64,000 bases of DNA, taken from the human T2T-CHM13v2.0 reference genome, Homo sapiens. The stretch is from NCBI RefSeq assembly GCF_009914755.1, contig NC_060942.1, one strand, 5' to 3'. How positions within the stretch are numbered: position 1 is the stretch's first letter; every line of letters begins with the position of its first letter. The translations under genes and the position numbers were made by a program. Positions 57,923-64,000 of this stretch are shown in pieces. A model generated the notes under the pieces. It did no database searches and was not told where the DNA came from. It saw only the letters and a list, made by a program, of their open reading frames with translations.

Positions 57923-58904
57923 TGTTTGGGAAGAATGTTTTCTCTCCTCCAGAGGTAAGATATGGTCCAAATGACCCATTTAAGTATGATTTCTCAGTAT
58001 ATCATTTGTCGTACTAAAGTGATAGGAACACATTTGACCTAATTTGACTGATGTGGTTAGACGAGTCTCCTTGACTAGCTTTGGTATAAAAATTGTGGAA
58101 GATTATTTTATCTCACTATTTTGTTTTACTTTTATTTTAAACCCGGATAACACAAATGCTGAATGCATATTTAGAGTCTTTGGAAACAGACAATAGTGGA
58201 AAATGAATCCTACTTTTAAGGAGGCAGTTTAAAATGTTAGTCTGCCAAGTATAATTTAGGTTTGATGTTATGTAAAAATGTCTTCATGATTCACGGGGTT
58301 TTTAGAAGTTGGTTACCTTAGTGATTTTATTTATCTCTCTGATACTGTCTGACAGTTGAAATGTGCTTGGATACACCTGCTGGCAGTTGCTAGTTTTAAA
58401 CTACAGGAAATTGAAAGCAAGTTGCTTCTAGGATATTGAACCTAGAATTCCTTTTCCATTTTAGCGAGAGGTGCTCAAATAGTGGAAGTAATACCATTGT
58501 AAAACTTTGTCTTAATATTTAGAGAAGTCTCTCATTAAAATCAGCACATATAGATAGTTACATAGATTTAGATACAGACATAGACATACATACGCGATGC
58601 TCTCTCACACAAAGACACACCTATAGAAAATAATGAGCATGTGCTATGAATCCAGAGATTAAATCACAATGGGGTAAAGCCAGATTTACATTATAAAAAG
58701 GGAAACCTAAAAGATGCAATAAACTCAGATTATGTTTTTACAATTAAATTTAAAAAATACTAAATGGTCAAAGTTTTCTCAAAACAACCAATTTAATGAG
58801 TTATTAATATTTGCATTATTTATATAAGTTTTATTCATCTATAAGATGAGTGGAAATGGTTCTGAATGAAGACTTGTCAAAAATGTAGCTTTATTTAAAC
58901 TAGT

Positions 58905-61900
58905 CTGTCTCTAGGACATCAACAAGATAGCTGATTAGAGATGCCTAATTTCCCCCCACCCCATAACACAAGGAGGAACAAATAAAATAAACATCTTGAC
59001 TTGAGTATCTGTACGAGAGCACTGGCGTACAGCAAGGAAGTGGTAAAGATTCAGGATGGCCACATAGAGAAAAGAAAAAAAGACTCTGCTCCTGCCACCT
59101 CATCTTCCCAGTCAAGATCAGCTTGGAAACAAGAGAGTTCCAAGTGCACCACCCACAATTCAATAGGCCATTCACATGCTCCATTTGTTTGTACACCAAC
59201 CAAGAGTAGCTGTGGCCATCTGGTGGGCTAGCTCAGGTCCCCTCTGCACATGAACAGAGTCCAGCAATTCACTGAAAAGGGAGCAGTGTCCAAGCCAGTG
59301 GGCCAGGCTTGCACTCTCTCAACATCCATACAAACCCAGCAACTCACTCCCAATGGAGCTATGACTGAGCCAGCAGACCAGTCATACAAACTCCTACAGA
59401 GTAGGCTACTGAGGCACTCACAGGCATTTCTGACATTCTATGAATGTCATTCTATGACGTTCTAAAGAAATTGCATTGAAACCATGTCCACTCGAAACCA
59501 AAGCCAACACACGTTACCCAACTGACACTGTAAAACGTACCTGCAGGTGGAAGACTTGCATTATGAAATCCATCTTATAAAACTAGAAAAGCTGACTGTT
59601 TCACCAGATATGCGGAAATCAATGCCTGGACACACACACAAAATTAAAAACAAGGCGACATGATACCACAAAAGAAACACAATTCTCCAGTGACTGATCC
59701 CAAAGAAATGGAAATTCAGAAATCATCTGAAAAGAAATTCAGAATAATAATCTTAAGAAAACTCAGTGAGATGCAAGAGAATGCACATAGACAGTTCAAT
59801 GAAATCATGGAAATAACTTATTATTTCAATGAAAAATCCAACAAAGGGATATCATAAAAAGGAACCAAACAGAAAATGTGGAGCTGTAGAATTCAACGAA
59901 TGAAATAAAAATACAGTCGAGAGCTTCAGCAACAAAAGTTCAAGCAGAAGAAAGAATTTCTGATTTTGATTCTGAAGACAAGTCTTTTGAAATAACCTAG
60001 TCAGATAGTCAGAGATACAATTAAATTAAAAAACATACACTATATGGTCAAATTTTCTCAAAACAACTGATTTAATGATTTATTAATATTTGCATATTAG
60101 TCAGAGATACAAAAAAGAATGGAAGAAAGAGAAGAAAATCTACAATATTTATGAGATACCATTATGTGAACAAATATTTGCATTGTGAGAATTTCAGAGG
60201 GAGAATAAATGAAGAAAGGCATAGAAACCTTAATTAATAAAATGATAGCTAAAAACTTCCCAAGTTTTGGGAGAGATGTGAACATCCAGATCCATGAAGT
60301 TCAAAAGTTTTCAAATAGATTCAACCCAAAAAGATACTCTCCAAAGCACATTATAATCAAGCTGTCAAAACCCAAAGTCAGAGAGAGAACTCTAAAAGCA
60401 GCAAAAGAAAAACACTAAGTCACATATAAGATTTTCAATAGACTATCAGCAGATTTCTCAGCAGGAGCAGTTAGGAGAGAACGAGAAGACATAAAGTGTT
60501 GTGAGAAAAAATCTGTCGGCCAAGAATAGCACTCAGCAAAGCTATCCTTCATAAATGAAGTAGAAATAGTCTTCACCAGACAAGCAAAAGCTGAAGGAAT
60601 TCATCAGCAAAGATCAGCATTACAAAAAGTGTTTAAGGAAGTACTTTAACTGAAAGAGAAAGGATGGTAGTTACTATCCTGAAAACATATGAAAGTATAA
60701 AATTCACTGGTAGAGATAAATTCATAGACAAATTCACAATAGTCTATTACTGTCATGGTAGTAATACATATTACCATTACATTATGGTAGTACTACCATT
60801 ACAGTATTTAATATTATTACTGTATAATATATTACAATATGTAATACCACCATTATAGTATTTCTAGTATAAATATTTCTAGTATGAAGGTTAAAAATCA
60901 GATTTCTAGTATGAAGGTTAAAAATAAAAATGGTCAACAATAGCTGTAGCTAAAAAACTTGTTGAGGAACATATAACATAAAAAGATGTAAATAAATGAA
61001 AATTATAAATTGTGGGGCAAGGGCTGATGTCTAGAATATTTGTATGCAACCGAAGTTAAGTTGTTATCAACTTTAGAAAGTCTATATGAGAATTTTTATG
61101 TAAGCCCCATAATAACAACACATAAAAGGTACAGTAGTTACACAAATAAGAAAGAGAAGGGAATCAAAGCTTACTGCTACAGTAAATCACCAGAACACAA
61201 AGGTAAATAACAAAAGAGGATGAGAGGTTCATGGTTGCATGACCTTGGTCTGAGCAAAGATTTTTTGGCTAAGTCCTCAAAGGCACAGGTGACAAAAGCA
61301 AAAATAGACAATTAAATTTACATTGAACTCAAAAGCTCCTGCACAGCAGAGGAAACAATCAATAGAGAAAAAGAAACAACCTATAGAATGGGAGAATATA
61401 TTTACAAACTATACATCTTATAAGGAGTTAATATCCAATATACACAAGCAACTCAAATAATTCAATAGTAGGAAAACACATAACCAGATTTTTTTAAATG
61501 AGCAAAAGAGCTAAGTAGACATTTCTCCGAAGAAGACATACAAATGGTCCGCAGGTATACAAAAAATGCTAAAAGTCACAAATCATCAGGGAAATACAAA
61601 TCAAAAATACACTGAGATATCACCTCATGTCTGTTAGAACAGCTAAAATTAAAAAGACAAAAGATCACAGGTGTTGGCCAGGATATGGAGGGAAGGGAAC
61701 ACTTGCACACTGTTGGTGGGAATGTAAATTAGTGCAGCCATTATGAAAAACAGTATGGAACGTCCTCAAAATATTAAAAATAGAACTACCATGTGATCTA
61801 GCAATCCCACTACTAGGTATATCATCAAATGAAATGAAATAAGTATGTCAGAGACATTTGCACTCTCATGTTTATTGTGGCATTATTTACGGTAGTCAAA

Positions 61901-62765
61901 ATAGAGAATCAACTTAAGTGTCCATCAACAGATAAATAGATAAGGAAAATGTGGTATACATACACAAATTCAGCCATAAACAGGATGAAATCCTGTCATT
62001 TGTGACAACATGGATAAGCCTAGAAGACATTATGTTAAGTGAAATGTCAGGCACAGAAAAACAAATACTGCGTGTTGTCACTCATGTATGGAATCTAAAA
62101 AGGTCGATCTCATAGAATTCAATAGAGTGGTGGTTACCAAGGCTGTGGAGGGTAGGAGCAAGGACAAGAGAAGAGATTTGTTAATGAGTACAATGTTACA
62201 GTTAGATAGGAAGAATACGTTCTGGTATTCTATTCCACAGAAGGGTAGTTAACAATGATGTATAATTCAAAATAACTGAAAGAGAGGAATTTGAACATTT
62301 GCACCAAAAAGAAATGTTGTTGTTATTATTATTATTATTATTACTTTAATGGAGACAGAGTCTCGCTCTGTCACCCAGGCTGGAGTGCAATCACAGCACA
62401 CTGCAGCTTCCACCTTCTGGCTCAAATTATCCTCCTACCTCAGCTACCTGAGTAACTGGGATTTCAGATGCTTGCCACCCTGCCCCGCTAATTCTGTACT
62501 TTTTGTAGAGATGGAGTTTCGCCATGTTGTCCAAGCTCGTCTGGAACTCCTAGGCTCAAGCAATCCACCTGCCTCAGCCTCCCAAAATGCTAGAATTACA
62601 GACAGGAGGCACCGCGCCTGGCCAAGAAATGTTAAATGTTTAAGGTGATGGATATGCTGATTATGCTGATTTGATCATCGCACAGTGTGTGCATGCATTG
62701 AAACATCATACCGTATTCCATAAATATGTATGATTATCACATGTCAATCAAAAATAATAATAAGA
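58905..62765 (+). mobile_element. Old L1 (L1MA-like 3' end): 5' region, ORF1 remnant, large internal deletion, ORF2 end and 3' UTR
   Basis: ORF1-like peptides (NSPVTDPKEMEI...FRIIILRKLSEMQEN; IAKNFPSFGRDVNIQIHEVQK...PKHIIIKLSK); ORF2 end (gacatttctccgaagaagacatacaaatgg); 3' UTR ending at aaaaataataa. Confidence 0.88.
62319..62623 (-). mobile_element. AluJ-like element inserted in the L1 3' UTR
   Basis: Reverse Alu with (TTA)n tail; perfect TSD aagaaatgtt at 62309 and 62624. Confidence 0.93.
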
Positions 62766-63741
62766 AGAACTAAACTAGGATATTTCTGTTTCTGGAGATT
62801 AAAATGTGAATTCTTTTTAAAAAAAATCCATTATGTATTCTATGAAAGTCCAAAGCTCTTCCTAAAATGTATGTGAGTGGTTTGGAAGCTAGCATTCTGT
62901 CAGTCACCTCTTGTTCTAAATTACTGCTTGTCCAGAATTATTATTTCTGTTATATGTCATCCGGATGCTGTTATCTGAGTTTTCTCTCTCAGGCATGTCC
63001 ATACACATACTCAAGCACGTTAGCTGATACCCTCACACAAACGCACATGAAATGTAAAGATACAGAATATGGAGAAGTCGAGGGTTACATAGACAAGTCA
63101 ATTTCAGATTAAATATTTCATATTCTTATGCATTATTTCACAAAGTCTCCAGCCTCTAAGATGAGTTCTCATCTTCCCTCTTTCCTTTTCTCTTTCTCTT
63201 CTTCTTTCTCCTGGATTACTCTCCGAACTCCAAAATTCCTGTTACACAGATGCTCTCCCATGCCTTCAGGCTCAGCTTAGGCTTATTTTGCACATCAGAC
63301 CCCTCAAGAAGTTTAACAGATCAAAAGGCCTTTCTTGTAATAAGATCTTAGAAAGCAGTTGCAAGTATACATTGCATTTATATTTATCTATTGCACAAGT
63401 TAAAATCACACAAGAAGCAATAATTTTCCATTAGAAATAAAAGCCTATAATAAAACTATTGTTAGGATTAACATGACATCACAGTTCTTTTTTGTTGTTG
63501 TTGTTTACATACTCATTTTCACCTCTTTTCTCACTCAGAAGCTTTGATTTCATTTCTTGTCACTTTTTATTTCGTTTCAGTACTCAGTTCCTCTGTCAAA
63601 TGCCGCTATATCCATTATTCATTCTGTAAGTTTGACCTGTTGTGTATAACCAGTCACGTTCTAAGCCACTGGGACTCTCTAGGATCACTGTCATCCATGC
63701 ACTGGCTCCAGGGTTAAAACGAATGACCTCTCTATACTCTA

Positions 63742-64000
63742 ACAGGGTAATTCTCAAACTTTGGTCTCAGGATCCTTTAACCTTCATAAAACTATGGAGA
63801 CCCTCAAATAGTTTCTGTTTATTAAGGTTACATCCATCGATGTGCTGGAGCCGAGAAGCATCATCAGCCAAAACTGATTCTGAACATCTCTCAACTGTGC
63901 TTGCTGTGACTTCATGTCAGTAGCTTCCAAATGACCACGGCAGGCATATTTCAATAGTGTGATGGAGTCAGCCAGCAAAAATGATTACTTATTAGATTTT
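63742..64000 (+). mobile_element. hAT-Charlie (Charlie1-like) DNA transposon fragment
   Basis: cagggtaattctcaaactttggtctcaggatcctttaacc...gagaccctcaaatagtttctgtttat resembles a Charlie terminus. Confidence 0.6.

Noticed and set aside
59660-60418. L1 ORF1 peptides as functional genes
   Set aside because: Fragmented by stops, frameshifts and an insertion; the element is internally deleted

Overview
Primate (most likely human) genomic DNA containing one protein-coding gene, CBLN2 (cerebellin-2, C1q-family synaptic organiser), on the minus strand. Three coding exons (37659-37303, 34271-34152, 33872-33675) splice in phase 0 to a 224-aa precursor. Two probable 5'-UTR exons lie at ~39835-39470 and 39023-38979, the promoter is a CpG island, and the 3' UTR of about 1.5 kb ends near an AATAAA at 32196-32201. 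The flanks are mostly transposon debris: Alu, L1, THE1/MST and MLT1 MaLRs, a ~7-kb degenerate MER31-like provirus, a HERV-L dUTPase remnant, MER5A/MER58/Charlie/MADE1 DNA elements, MIR/L2 and STRs. There are no RNA genes or CRISPR arrays. The most interesting unexplained structure is a possible translational switch in the CBLN2 leader: two uAUGs in a 45-nt micro-exon plus tandem 3' splice sites 8 nt apart would give either an 11-aa uORF and a 186-aa overlapping ORF, or an N-terminally extended 281-aa CBLN2. Also notable are a templated ~78-bp insertion with flanking duplication inside an old L1, several motif-dense candidate enhancers, and a possible cryptic plus-strand promoter near 54.7-55.3 kb. 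Repeat family names come from recognition by eye, not a database search, and repeat boundaries are approximate.
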